Source: Perna viridis (taxonomy: Eukaryota). Taken from it: a stretch of 64,000 nucleotides of DNA. Below are positions 1 through 13,400 of this stretch, piece by piece; positions within the stretch are counted from its first letter, which is position 1; every line of letters begins with the position of its first letter. Location: NCBI GenBank assembly GCA_037379345.1, contig CM074512.1, forward strand, positions 69,957,597-70,021,596. The letters run 5' to 3'. Position numbers and translations under genes: made by a program. The notes under the pieces were generated by a model that was not told where the DNA came from, did no database searches, and was given only the letters and a program-made list of their open reading frames with translations.

Positions 1-492
1 AACCAAAATTATACTTATTTCGTTTACATTTTTAACAAAATATTTATATTGATTGCCAATTTTGGTCTTGGGACGTGCAAACGAATCTATGAAAACTGGT
101 TTCACACGTTGGCTATCATTGGGAAATATACTGTACGTAACTCATTTGACAGACGTTCTTTTTTCAATATTTATCATCAAGGGCGATGTTTACATCAACA
201 TAAAAAAACGGCGTTCCAATTGTGGCCCTATTTTTGCTCTTGTAATGTTGATATTTTAAACACCAAACAAATGGGCATTCCAACCAAGAACAATTAGCAT
301 GTTTCTCCTTTGTCAAACTCAGAATTTGAGTGGGTAACTTTTCATCATTATTGGGAATGCTCAGACATACAGATTTTATTATTTTGAAGGTGGCTAGAGA
401 GTTTATAATTGTTGAAAACAAACAACCACTTTTATTTGACTCTTAGGAAATAAACAGCTTTGTTATAAATCGAAGTTTTTTCCTTTCTAACG

Positions 493-666
493 CAGGGGCG
501 AATCCAGGATTTCAGGTAAGGGTGTGAAAATAGACTTGCCTAGCGAAGGAAGGCAAGACAATTTTTGGGGAGTAGATTAGCGGAAATTCAATATTCATAC
601 AGATTTTTTTTTTCCATTTTCAGGGAGGCGCGTACGTCCGGTACGTCTTCCTTGGATCTGCGTCTT
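493..666. mobile_element. Short degenerate MITE (caggggcg.atcca...tggatc.gc ends)
   Basis: Imperfect inverted termini. A related copy lies at about 2475-2656. Confidence 0.45.
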
Positions 667-991
667 TAAAATATACATTTTTTCTTTAAAGTTTTTATTA
701 TTTTTGTGATAACTACGCCTTTATATACATATTTAACATATTATTAATGCTCGGACACAGTATAAACTAGAAGCTTCATCTGCACTAACATGTATCTAAA
801 TGTCATTATGTGTGATTAATAAAAAATTATGTGTTCTTCTATTGTAAAGGGACACGAGTTATTCCGCTTCAAACATTGTGCTGTCTTAATAAATCGTGCA
901 AATCATCACCCCGTTTGATCCGATGAAATATTAATGGTAAAGCTTGAAATCTGTGAAACGCTATAATTCTGAAAAGAGGGGAAAAAAATAA

Positions 992-2400
992 ATATAGTCA
1001 AGGGAACCGAGATTTGAGCGGAAATCTTCCAAGGATGAAGACTAGATAGAGAAAAAAGACACACTCAACAAAGAACATAAAACAACCGAGAAAATGTACA
1101 AAGAAATAAAAGTAAATGAGCAACCCTGGCTAAACTAAAAACTAGGATCAGGTACACCGATAGGGTAAGCGTCCGCTGCTTTTCTAGAAACACCTACCGA
1201 GTTACTAAAAATGTCACGCAATGGTACTCCAGCAGTGCTAGAGGTTGTCTGGCAAGATTTTTCTGATTTGGTGCCATCCTAACGTTGGTATATGGAGGAT
1301 CGGAATTCCAACCGCTTACAATATGGGAGTAACGTTCGGGGTAGACGAAAGGGGGAAGGAAAACTATGACACGGTGAAAAAATCGGTTCTCATATGGTGC
1401 AGATGGGTACATTGCATCGATCCATGAGTTCATGATGACGACCATACATGAAGACTTTAATCTTATAGCAACATAACTCTGTTCTAGAAGCTGAACTGTA
1501 TGAAGTCAAGCTCGGTACAAAAAGTCCGCGTAGTTACAACAAGCTCCGGTATTAAACGTATGAGTTGTGATATGCAAACTCCATACGCATGCAGTTGCCA
1601 CAGGTGAAAGGAAAGTTGACAATACGGAATGAGGTCATCGTCTTTGTCGTATATATAGGTGGTCATGCGTTTTCCTTTACCATCGATCTCTAAGCGTTGG
1701 TCAAGATATGAGACTGACTTCAAATCGTGTCCTTCATCTCAAGTTCTTTGGGTAGATGCGATGTATATTTCCCCAGACTAGGATTGTTTAAAGTTATTAC
1801 GTCATCAATATAGCAGAAACTGAGATCAAATTATCTTGTTAACCGATTTTCCTTCTTTTGGATCAGATCAGCTATAATGTCAATCTCATATGAGGGAAGG
1901 AATGGGTCACCGAGTAGCGGCGCACAGTTAATTAATTTGTTCCCATTTGAATGGGGACCGTTTGTTAAAAAACGCGTCCACCAAGCTGGAAAAATATGAA
2001 GGTATGATAAAAATTCCAGCATTTTGATGACATCTTCTGTATATTTGGAAGCTCGAGTACTGTCTTTTCTAGCTAGAGTGACAACGATGTACGTGTATTA
2101 TGTTTTTGAGTCGGGATTTTAACTGAGTTAGGGGAATAGTAACCTACAAAGGGTTGAAAAAACATAGGCATTGATGCTATTATATTCTAATAATAATTTA
2201 GAATGGAGGGTTTCCAGAAGATCTTTCGAAATTTTCAGGATCCAGATTGAATTGATAGTAGTTTATTAAGTGCCTACTTTCTTTGACAGTAGTGAGCATA
2301 AATTTAATTTTTAAAGATTTGAAAGAGGTTTGGTAGTACATTTTGCAGATGTAACTAGAAAGCGTTGTTTGTATGGATTCCTACAGAGTTTTAGCATCTA
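992..2400 (-). mobile_element. Decayed Penelope-like retroelement (RT pseudogene plus 3' end)
   Basis: Frameshifted RT motifs in order on the - strand: NPYKQRFLVTSAKCTTKPLS, AYVFSTL, MLEFL, NCAPLLGDPFLPSYE, FCYIDDV (about 1800-1820), SYLDQRLEIDGKG...IYDKDDD, AYGVCISQLIR. Confidence 0.8.
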
Positions 2401-2474
2401 GCACATGGGCGGTATCTAGGTCACAATCATCGTCTGGCGGTATCTAGGTCACAATCATCGTCTTAAGTTGAGAA

Positions 2475-2656
2475 AGTGGCGGATCCAGAGGGGTGCGGGG
2501 GGTTAGCACCCTCCTTTTTATTGGAAAATTTGTCATCTTCATGGGAAAAAATTATAGTAAATGGCAAAAAAAAAATATGTGCAAGCACCCCCTTTTTCTA
2601 AGGAACCTCGGCTGGCACTCCACCTCCTGTGACTTAGTGACTGGATCTGGTCCTGC
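2475..2656. mobile_element. Short degenerate MITE related to 493-666
   Basis: agtggcggatccag ... ctggatctggtcctg termini with internal gcacccc motifs. Confidence 0.45.
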
Positions 2657-2764
2657 ATAAATTTGAAAACATCCAGGATAACAACACGAAGATATTATAA
2701 CTGCGAACTTATTCAAAATAAAATGACCATGCAGGGATTTTATATTTATATACACTTAATCCCC

Positions 2765-3745
2765 TATGGCAAGCCAATGTGGACAAAAATAAGTGTTTTC
2801 TAATATTAAAAATGATTTTTTAATATTACAAATTCATTTTTTAATATACCATATTTGATTTGTAATATTACAAAACCCCTTTTAATATTAAAAAATCCTT
2901 TTTTGATGTTAAAAATTCAATTGAATTTCTAATATTAAAAACTGATTTTTTGATATTAGAAATTGATTTTCTAATATTAGAAAATGGATTTGTCTCTTCA
3001 ATTACTAATTTTTAATATTAGAAAATCATTTTGTAATATTAAAAAATGTGACTGATTTTGCAATATTGCAAAGTGATTTTCTAATATTACAAATTCAATT
3101 TGTAATATTACAAAATGTGTGATATTTTATAATATTACTAAATCAGGAATTTGTAATATTGGAAAATGATTTTTCAATATTAGAAAATGAATTAGTAATA
3201 TTAGAAAATAAATGTTTTCTAATATTAAAAAATGATTTTTTAATATTACAAGTCAATTTTCTAATATTACAAATAAGATTTCTAATATCATAAAACACTT
3301 TTTTAATATTAAAAATTCAATTTAATTTCTAACATTAAAAAATGATTTTTTAATATAAGAAATTGATTTTCTAATATTAGTAAATGGATTTGTCGTATTC
3401 AGTTACGATTTTTTAATATTAGAAAATCATTTTGCAATATTAAAAAAATGTGACTGATTCTGCAATATTGCAAAGTGACTTTTTTATATTATAAATTCAT
3501 TTTCTAATATTACAAATTCATTTTCTAATATTACAAATTCAATTTGTAATATTACAAAATGTGTAATATTTTATAATATTACTAAATCAGGAATTTGTAA
3601 TATAAGAAAATGAATTTTTAATATTGCAAATTGAATTTCTAATATTAAAAAATCTGTTCTAATATTGAAAAATGATTTTGTAATATTAAAAATTCATTTT
3701 CTAATATTACAAAATATTGATTTTTGTCCACTTTGGCTTGCCGTA
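2765..3745. mobile_element. Non-autonomous TIR element (IS3EU-like) filled with AT-rich subrepeats
   Basis: 25-bp TIRs tatggcaagccaatgtggacaaaaa / tttttgtccactttggcttgccgta, flanks atcccc/atccca (6 bp), interior of about 21-22-bp repeats with a TAATATTA core. Confidence 0.8.
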
Positions 3746-4241
3746 ATCCCAGACTACGGAACTTTAGTTTATAGATGTGTCCGAATGTAGCAAACAAAAA
3801 GAACACGACGAAAATCCAACCTTATATCTGTAACTTAATCCAGGAAGGATATGATATATGCCCCCTTTTAATGTCTACATTTCTTTCATGGAAACGCAAG
3901 AAGGCTTATGAGTTCAATTTGAACTCCTTACGATATTATTTATTTTTCTGAAGCCAATAAGACGAATTGCAACATTTTTTTCAGTAGTTGATATAGCCCC
4001 CCTCTTTTCTTGAATGACAAGGAGCAGGTTTGCACCTGAAGAGGTCATGGAGGTCAATTTTTCTCAGCGGAATGATTTTGATGTTACTTTTCAACTAAAT
4101 TTCTTTTATTCATTAGTAGATTTCATTCTCCAAATCTTGTTTTCTTTCGGAAAACAAAAAAGTCTTCCTTAATATTCCAAACTGTCCTAAATTAGTGACG
4201 CTGAAATGGAACTATATTGTGTGTCCTAAAACTGGAATGAA

Positions 4242-4300
4242 GGCCACGCCCATAATACATGTGAAGTAAGATGGCGGAAACAATATGGCCGAAACAGGAA
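4242..4300 (+). promoter_or_regulatory. Probable core promoter of the kinase gene (Sp/KLF GC box and YY1 site)
   Basis: GGCCACGCCC at 4242-4251 and AAGATGGCGG at 4268-4277, in a locally CpG-richer stretch about 220 bp upstream of the first ATG. Confidence 0.55.
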
Positions 4301-4486
4301 TAGATCGCCTGATGGAGCGAAAATTACTGATATCTTACCAATGTCTGTCAAAAACTCAAACTTATGCCATCAGAAAAACACCGTATATTTGAACTGAGCG
4401 ATTAGGCTAGACGCAAATAATAACATACTCGTTAAACTCGCACTAAGGTCGTTTGTTTTCATTCAGGGATTTTGACAGTCGCCAAA

Positions 4487-7400
4487 ATGATGGCGCAGCC
4501 GCAGGTAAGAACACTTGACAACACTCGTTCGACACCAAATTATAACATTTTCGACAAAATAATATGTGTTCAGTTTGTTGTGTCTTAAGGAAACGACCAA
4601 GCCACTAAAGTGTTCACTTTATTTCGAGGTCTCATGAGCTTAGTGGCCTTGTCATTCCCCTTTTTGGCCGTGTTCCTACAGATTACTAGTTCTTAAAACC
4701 ATTTAGGACAAGAGAAAGAACATTGATTTGTTTATGAGGATGTAAAGGAATTTGTCTTTTAATGTTCAATAATGTGTATTATTATCATAATTATGTTGAA
4801 CTCAAAGCTAGAATTTGGTAATTCTAAACTCAGTTGTCCCCCTTTATATGATACCACTTTGTTTTCTTAAATTGATACACTTTGGTATCTGTTCTATCTT
4901 CTACTGAAACCCTAGTTATTACATTAGTTTCATAATCAAATACAGGGCAATTTTATAATTCTGAAGACATTGAAATTCACAATTGTCAAAAAAACCACTG
5001 AAATAAAGTTGCCTGTTCGATTTATTAATGAGTTTAAAATTTAAGTAATGAGAGCATGGCTGGCTTTGGATTTCTGTATTTTTGCAACCTTATTCTGTTG
5101 TTAGTTTATACATGTACATGCAGATAGGTTACAAAATAAGTAAGCTTGTACCCTTACTCAAATACTATTATGCTGATTCCTTCATTATTTCTTGATATTT
5201 CCAACTGAAAGTTTGTACACATGTTTTTAATGATGTGATGGCAAGGCTTGAAGCAGTGATTTTTTAAAATATTTTGTGAAAATTTATTTTTACTTTATTT
5301 TCTGTTTTAAAAAGGTTCTTTAAATTTGCAACCAATAATTCCTTTACCTAAAATCACATTGGGATATTTTAGTTATCTGTACAGTTTCAATATACAATTT
5401 ATGTTGGAACACCATAATATTATCAAAATATTCATGGACAATAAATTAAAAGCAAGTAAGATTCCATATATGAAACTTTCTTTTATCATTTTTGCTTAAT
5501 TCTTTGCCGGAACATGAATTGATGCTACATGTATATGCAGTACAGAATTCAGATTTTTACACGTTTTTCAAAAATTGAAACAGTTTCAGAATCTTTCAAA
5601 CCTTATCACAAAATCTTAGAATTGAAGTTATAACCTTTTGAATGTTTTCAGAAACGTGTAAAATTCTAATGAAAATGAGAAATTGACAATAATTAGTTAG
5701 GTAAAGAAGTTGGTAATGCATTTTGTACCTTTCCAAAACAAAATATCAGTCAAATAAGAAATAGAAAATTTCCATAATTTTCATAACTTTAAATGAACTG
5801 AAACAGACTTTTGTATACAGTGTATCTCATGAAATTTCCATAACATAAGATTTTGTAATAATGAATATTTTAACAAAACATTCTTTGGTTATAAAGAAAA
5901 GCTGGTATATGTATGTGTTAAACATAGTGTACTGTACCCAGTTTTAAATGGTTCAACCAGGCATGCTACCTTCCTATGTACATGTGTCCAGTTCCCTCAG
6001 ATTGGAGCATAAGGTCATGACATGCATACCAGGGACCTTCTATTTGTGGTTGATGATGAAGTGTCATGTTTGATGCAGAATTGTTAGAAACAACTGAAAC
6101 TTAAAAGGTTCTTCCTAGGACAAAGCATTATTTATTACTGCCTTGCGATACCCTTTTAGCTTCTAATCATAAGAGACTCGTTGTGCACGTTAATACCATT
6201 GTGGATGTGTGAAACTTGTCCACCACAATCTGTAGGGAATGATACATGACAACCACTTTCTATTTTCAAACTGACCAGACCTGGTGAAATTATTTTTTAA
6301 CCTGCCTGACTTTTGGCAACCTTATAAAATCTGCTGGACCGACAATTATCTGCCGGACAAAAAAAAAACAAAAACAAGAATTAGCAGCCACTGATGGCCA
6401 ACTTTCCATTCTGGATTAAAACTCCTCGTTTTACATTTTTCCTCATATTCCTGTTGACGAGCTTTAACCTTTGCATCAGTAAGCTTCCTTTTTAAGGGCT
6501 TTCCAGGGATGGCATCCCTATTATATACTAAAGCCGGAATCATTTCTTTGATCCAATTTAAATTTGCCTTGTTCGGAAGGCATCTTTAAACCGGAAGTAC
6601 TGGTTGAGGTGTGTCTAATAAATAAAAAACGTAATGTCAGTAATGATAGGCCAAAAAAAAGGTCAGAAACAAGCATTTTGCTTATATCTAGACAATTATT
6701 TGACTTGAAACAGTTAAGAATTGAGGGCTGGAATGGGCTAAAAGCAAGTGTTTTACTGATGTTCAGACAATAACTTCAGTAAAAGGGAATGAATCTCTTT
6801 GTTGTACCATAAAGTGGTATAATCACCTGGAAGATTTGGATTGATTCTGGAGGCTCTGACTGGGATTATTAGGAATAAGGGTCCCAAAAAGGATCACTTT
6901 AATTCTGGTCAAATGTCTAATCACAATCAAAATTCAAAGATGTGTCAAGTATAAAATAATTTTTTTTATAGATATAATTACTTTTTTAAGGCTTAAGTAT
7001 TACTTGCACCTGGTTTTGAATAAAACATTTTGAAGTTTCTTGAGTGTAACTCTCATGATAGCTGAAAGTCATGTGGATTATCTGCAATACATAGCATCTG
7101 GTACTAAAGTATGATTTGATCTGGCTTGCTGTTGGTTGATTTAATTTAATTAGTATTATTATTTTGTGTCTATGAATAGTTCAATCTGCATTTGAATGTA
7201 CATAGAGAAAAACAATCCAGGCAAATGATATGCTGGATGACTCAGATGTTAAAATGTATTTTTTTTTAATTTAGGGAATTTAATTCTGTAACTAAAGTAG
7301 TCAGTACTCTATTCAAGTTAATTCTTTGCATACATGTATACATGTACATGCACTTGTCAAACTATACTACCTTACAAGACTTGTTAAACTTGATCACTAG

Positions 7401-10400
7401 TCAATATCATCATATAAATCATTGTACAGATGTATTACAGAAATAACTGATTCAGACATGTTCATTTGTTTTGTAGTTTGGCTTAAGGATGGTTTTAGAT
7501 TAATGGAATTTCTATGAAATCTTCAATGACTTTTTAGATTATTGTCAATAATTTGAATTTTCAATACTACAATGATACATTCCTATTTATTTTATAAAAA
7601 ATGTTCTTCCATTCCATGGAGTATGTTAAAATGAGAAACCTTGCCGAAATTTTCCAAATAAACAACCTTCCCATTTTTTATCAAAATTTCAATACCCCTG
7701 TTTAACAAAAGTCAAGGCTTTTATATAAATAACAAAAAAAAAACATTATGTCTGTCCATGTTCTGTGGCAGAATTTTTTTCTGTGTCAAAAACCAGTGCT
7801 GTGTCAAAATTTTTATCCCCATCAAGATAAGTGTTCAATCTTTGTGGTCACATCAAGCCATGTCCAGTGGAGCATTTTTTAAAGGTTGCAATATAGGGTT
7901 CTCTGGGGGTTGGAATTTAAGTGAAAAATGTAAACAGTTGTGCTTTCAAGTTTAACATATTTATTCTACATGTATGTAGAAATTTTAATATTCTTGAATT
8001 TAGTTATTCCTGCCTCAGTTACCAGTAACACTGTAGCATGTGTATTTCAAACTCTAGGGGTTTGAACACTACTTTTTTCAGAATTGATAGAATTAGAAGG
8101 ATAATAATTACCGAGGGAGCTTAATTTTTGTTTAGTTCTTTAAATTTCTGCAAAATCCCAGTGGAACATACATTTGAATAGATTTGTAAATAAGGTTTTT
8201 CTGAAATTCATTAGCTCAATCTATTAGTCATAATATTTATCATGAACAGAATACAAGCTTTAATATTGTACAGAAACAACCTGTCTCAGTATGACTGAAA
8301 ATTTTTTGATAAATTTGATTATATATATATCTGATAATGCATGTTTTACACCTTGATTGTTTGATTTTGGTTCTGTATATTTACCTTGGAGAAGGAAGTG
8401 CTCTTATATCAGCAAGATAGCATAGTGGGCGTTGTCCTGAAATGTCATGAAAACGATCATCTTGAAGTATTCCACTTGGCTCATATTTATACTGATATTT
8501 TATTGTGATGTGTGCAAACCTTTAAATCTTTTTCAACCTTAATTGGAGAAAAACTGAGAAGTGTATTATTACAGACTAAGAATCCAAAGTGTTTGAATTA
8601 AAAAATAACATGTAACAACCAAGTACAACTAAGCACTTGAACTTATTAAAAGCTTCAAAATTTAGTAATTAAAGTAAGATGATCTGTAATTACAGGGTTT
8701 GGTAAGATATATGATAACCAGACTTCCCTGCCTTTATCTTAGATGGAAAAGTACATGGTTACTCAGCACATGCTATCTTACAATTCCTCCCTTGATCTCT
8801 ACATGCAGTTGATTTATATACTAGAGTAGTGTTTTATATTGAAATTTATGGTATTAGTATTATATTGAAATTTTATCTGTGTAACTGTACACCCAAGTCA
8901 CCTTTAAACAAGGAAGTGAAATAATCAGCATTGTATTATATGACTTGTTTAGTCATCTATTAAAAGGCTGTGAATACTTGAAACTGTGTCCATTTCTGTA
9001 TCTGTCATTGCATGTTTGTGTTGTGAAACAGATGTGCAATCACTGTTATTGAAAATTATAGATTTTTAGCATAAATTTTTAATATTAGTCTCGATCATTT
9101 ATTGTTTCCTACTTAATGGAATTAAATTATTTGCCTTTTGTCTGAAGTATTGTTTTTTTTTTTTGCATCTAGAAAAGATAATAAGTTTTCATTGGATGTT
9201 AAATCAAGTGCATTAAAACTGACTTGGTCAGGTACAGTCTGTACCTCTAACCACTAACCAAAGACATGTAAAAGTTGACTTCATTGTTAATTTATTATTT
9301 AATATCCATGTAAAATAAAATGGTCAGGTTCAAGTTTGGTCATCAGCAACCATAGAATAATTTTTGTACAAACATATCTTTGAACATCAACTCCAGGTAA
9401 AGTGTGGTTTTTACGACAAAAGAAGAGAGATCCAAGGTTTAGGCAAAAAGCATGTTGGTCCTCCATCCTTCTTTGCAAAAACACCAAACATTTGGAAATT
9501 CTGATGGAATTCCATAAAAAAAGCCTACTTACATACAGTACATTATACCTGTTACTGTACAGCCTTCGATTGTCAGTGCCTGAGTGAAAAATTTGATGGT
9601 CTTGAGATACAAAATAATGTTGGAAACTGATTAAGTTTGGAAGGTTCTCACATTTTTATGTTAGCTTTTCTTTGGATATCTCAAGATTAGTGCAGAAGGT
9701 CCTCACTTTTATATATTAGAATCTGTTTTCACTGTTCTTGAAATGACAGATTTTCTTTACCTTATTCTGCATTTGTAGTCCTTGTACTTACATGTTTGTA
9801 ATAAGTTCCACCTTTTCTTTTTTCAGAGACGGTCTAACGGAAATGTTGACCCCGAAATCAGATTCTCCAAGATGGAGAGGATTGGAAAGGGATCTTTTGG
9901 AGAAGTGTTTAAAGGATTAGACAATGAATCCCAACAAGTTGTAGCCATAAAAATTATTGACTTAGAAGAAGCTGAGGATGAAATTGAGGATATACAACAA
10001 GAAATTATGGTTCTTTCTCAGTGTGACAGTCCTTTTGTCACCAAATATTTTGGTTCATATTTAAAGGTAAAATATCTGACCGATTACCTACCAGTAAGCA
10101 GATGATGAAAAAAAAAATAATGCATAAAATTTACCACAAACATTGAAAGATATTACATGAATTTCCAATCATTAAAAAAAAAATTCAATCGAAAACACAC
10201 TAGTATATGACTGCAGGTTATGTAAGTTTGTTATGGGATATATAAAAGTTGAATGGATGGATTTCTTTATTAGCCACTTAAAAAATATGTTTGGTTCCAG
10301 TCACCCACCCAAAAAAAATTAATGAAAAAAACGTCTGACCTTACCCATTCTCGGTAGTCAGGATTAATTTTTTACTTTTCCGGACCAAATTGGGTATTTA

Positions 10401-13400
10401 CAATTGAAAACATCGGCTGCACACCTGCTTGCAGCCATAAGCCATAAATTTACAGTCTGTTCATGTTTCAATTTCCTGTAAACTAGTAATCAGTTGTTAG
10501 AACTGAAATTTTGATTGAACACTTAGGCTTTCATAATTTTTGGGATTTAGTGATTTTTCAAGCCGACCTCTTGAGTTGTTTAAATAAAAGTAAAAGTAAT
10601 AAAAAAATAAAATTTTCTGACTTACTGTCCCTATTTTATTCAAAGAGGTGACCATAACCATACATATTTTTTTTTATTTGGCCTTATACCAATAAAAAGT
10701 GAAATGCTCCTTTTTTTTTTAAGACTAAGAATGCGGCCTTTATTGAGCTTTAATTAAATGAGTCACATCCTACAACAAGTTTGATTGCTTATTGTTTGAT
10801 GGGTGTTGTCAAATATGAATATTAGGTGCATTCTGAGTTCTGCTGATAGTAACTTAAGTTTACCATTTACATTTTAATTTACTAGATGCATGTACATTGT
10901 ATGTCAAAAGAACTATTGTCTACTTATTTTATTTTTCATTTCCATCACCGCAAGCAGTTTTGATAAGTTTTGGTTGGGAAGTCTCTAGTTTGATGGCTAC
11001 ATGTACTATTTGTTAGGTTGTCTGTCAGTGGTTACCAACACTTTAGATAAACTGCTTTGGTACCAATATTGCTAATTTGAACACCCCTATTGACATACTC
11101 ATGGGTACCAGTGTTGTTGATTTGAACACACCTATTGACATACTCATGGGTACCAGTGTTATTGATTTGAACACACCTATTGACATACTCATGGGTACCA
11201 GTGTTATTGATTTGAACACACCTATTGACATTCTCATGGGTACCAGTGCTGTTGATTTGAACACACCTTTTGGCATTTCATAAGTTGCAACTAATTCCAC
11301 TAGAAGAATGAATTAATTGAACTCTTCTCACTAAAATAAGCACATACTCCAAAAATGCATTCTAGTAAGTTTTGATTTGATTTTATTTGATGTAAAACTC
11401 CATAAACATGTTTTACAGGGTGCCAAATTATGGATTATAATGGAGTATCTTGGTGGCGGTTCTGCTTTGGATCTAATGAAAGCTGGGCCTTTCACAGAAA
11501 ATGACATTGCTATTATACTTAGGGAAATATTGAAAGGATTAGATTATTTACATTCTGAAAGGAAATTACACAGAGATATAAAAGGTTAGTGGATAGGGAT
11601 TATTGTGGATGTTGTGGTTTATACAGTCACATTGTCATATGTTTCTTGCATGTAAATGAATTCAAATTTCTATGTTCATAACCATAATTAGTCTGTTATA
11701 TCCAGTCAACTGTAATGCTACTCTTTGCATCACAACATGTTTAAAACTAATTTTGGGTTGAGTTTCATTAGAATGCACTCTGTCCACAGTTTTAATTTAT
11801 GTGTAAGATTAATGAAGAGGTTTAAGGGATGTGTTACTATTGGGGAACACTTACAGAAACTGGAATTCATACTGAGTAATGATTAAATGAAAATTAAATA
11901 AGTGAATATGACCATCTGGGAGGCCTGCAATAACTCTTAGATTTATTTTACTTTTTGGTATATAGTGGAGAATCTGCTACAGTAATTACAAAACAGACTC
12001 AGTACAACAGCAGACTAACATTTACCAACATTTACATTTTGCAAACTTTTACATCCAAAGAGTTACACTTGATTAGTAGGTTTTTACATTGAACCAAGTT
12101 TTTTTTGTCAGCTGCCAATGTGTTATTGTCTGAAAATGGTGATGTAAAATTAGCAGATTTTGGAGTTGCTGGACAACTTACAAACACAACCAATAAAAGA
12201 CAAACTTTTGTGGGGACACCATTCTGGATGGCCCCAGAAGTCATTAAACAGTCAGCCTATGATACCAAGGTTTGTATATTCTTTAGTTTTTAGTTTTAAT
12301 TTTTCCACTCCTAAAGGGAAAACAGTGGTATTTATTTTCCCATAGCCGACAATACTAACCTTTTCAAGTTTTTCGGTAATTTCTAATTAAAATTAGGACT
12401 CAAAAACCATTTTTTATTGTAGTACTTTAATTTAATGATCGAAAAATCACCATGGGAATAGAGGTTGATCATCTCTTTTTTTCAACCACCATCAAAAGTT
12501 TGAGGGTACTGGAAGTTTTGCATTTTTTTTTTGGTTCTGCACTCATGTGTAATATGCAGTCTTTTTAGCTCATCTGCCCAAAGGCCATGTGAGCTATTGC
12601 CATCACTTGGCGTCTGTTGTCGTCGTTAACAAGTATACAAGACTCTTCACCTCTGAAACTACTTGACTAATTAGAACTGTTGTGGGTTTTTTGATTCGTC
12701 GAAAAACATGACCGCCGTTACTAAAAATAGAACATAGGGGTCAGACAGTAGTTTTTCACATATATCTCCAAAACTGTTAGGTTTATCCAAATTCTTTTAA
12801 TAGCTGAAATAATCCATATTATTAAGACTACAAAAGTCTTCAGACTCCTTGTAAGAGTTATTGCCCTTGAAAGGGGAAAACTGACTTTTTTTTAATAGTT
12901 TTCAGTCAATATCTTGAAAACTATGATAGATTAAAAGAAACTTTCAATTGTTGAAAAGATTTTGTGATAAGTCCTACCAAAGACTTCTTGAGTCAAAATT
13001 GTTGGACAACTTCTTGTTTAATTTGATGGGATGGGATGTGTATATTGTCAGGAAGTTTTGTTAGGGCAAAAATTGTAGAAATGACGGCTGCTGGTGTAAG
13101 ATGCTTTTCAGGAAAACTGTTTGGTTGTCTGCAACTCCTCAATGACTCGTAGGATTGTTATGAAACTTGGTGGTGTGTTAGATTATCATAGAGAAGTGTG
13201 CATATTGTGAGGAATTTATGTTTAGGCGAAAAATGACAGCTGATGGATTTAAGCGTTTTTCAGCAAATCTTGGGTTTGATGTGTTGACCCCAACTTCTCC
13301 TTAACTATTGCAGGATTGTAATGAAACTCAATGAAGTGTTATATTACCATAGAGATGTGTGCATATTTTCAGGATTTTTATGTTGAAAGTAAATTTGCAG

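Noticed and set aside
49-421. Overlapping short ORFs at the window start
   Set aside because: No recognisable domain or splice structure, and consistent with random ORFs.
992-2400. Hammerhead ribozyme associated with the Penelope-like element
   Set aside because: No CTGATGA...GAAA core with flanking stems was found by eye here or at the other ctgatga sites.
11043-11300. Repetitive ORFs on both strands
   Set aside because: Translation of a 45-bp intronic minisatellite.
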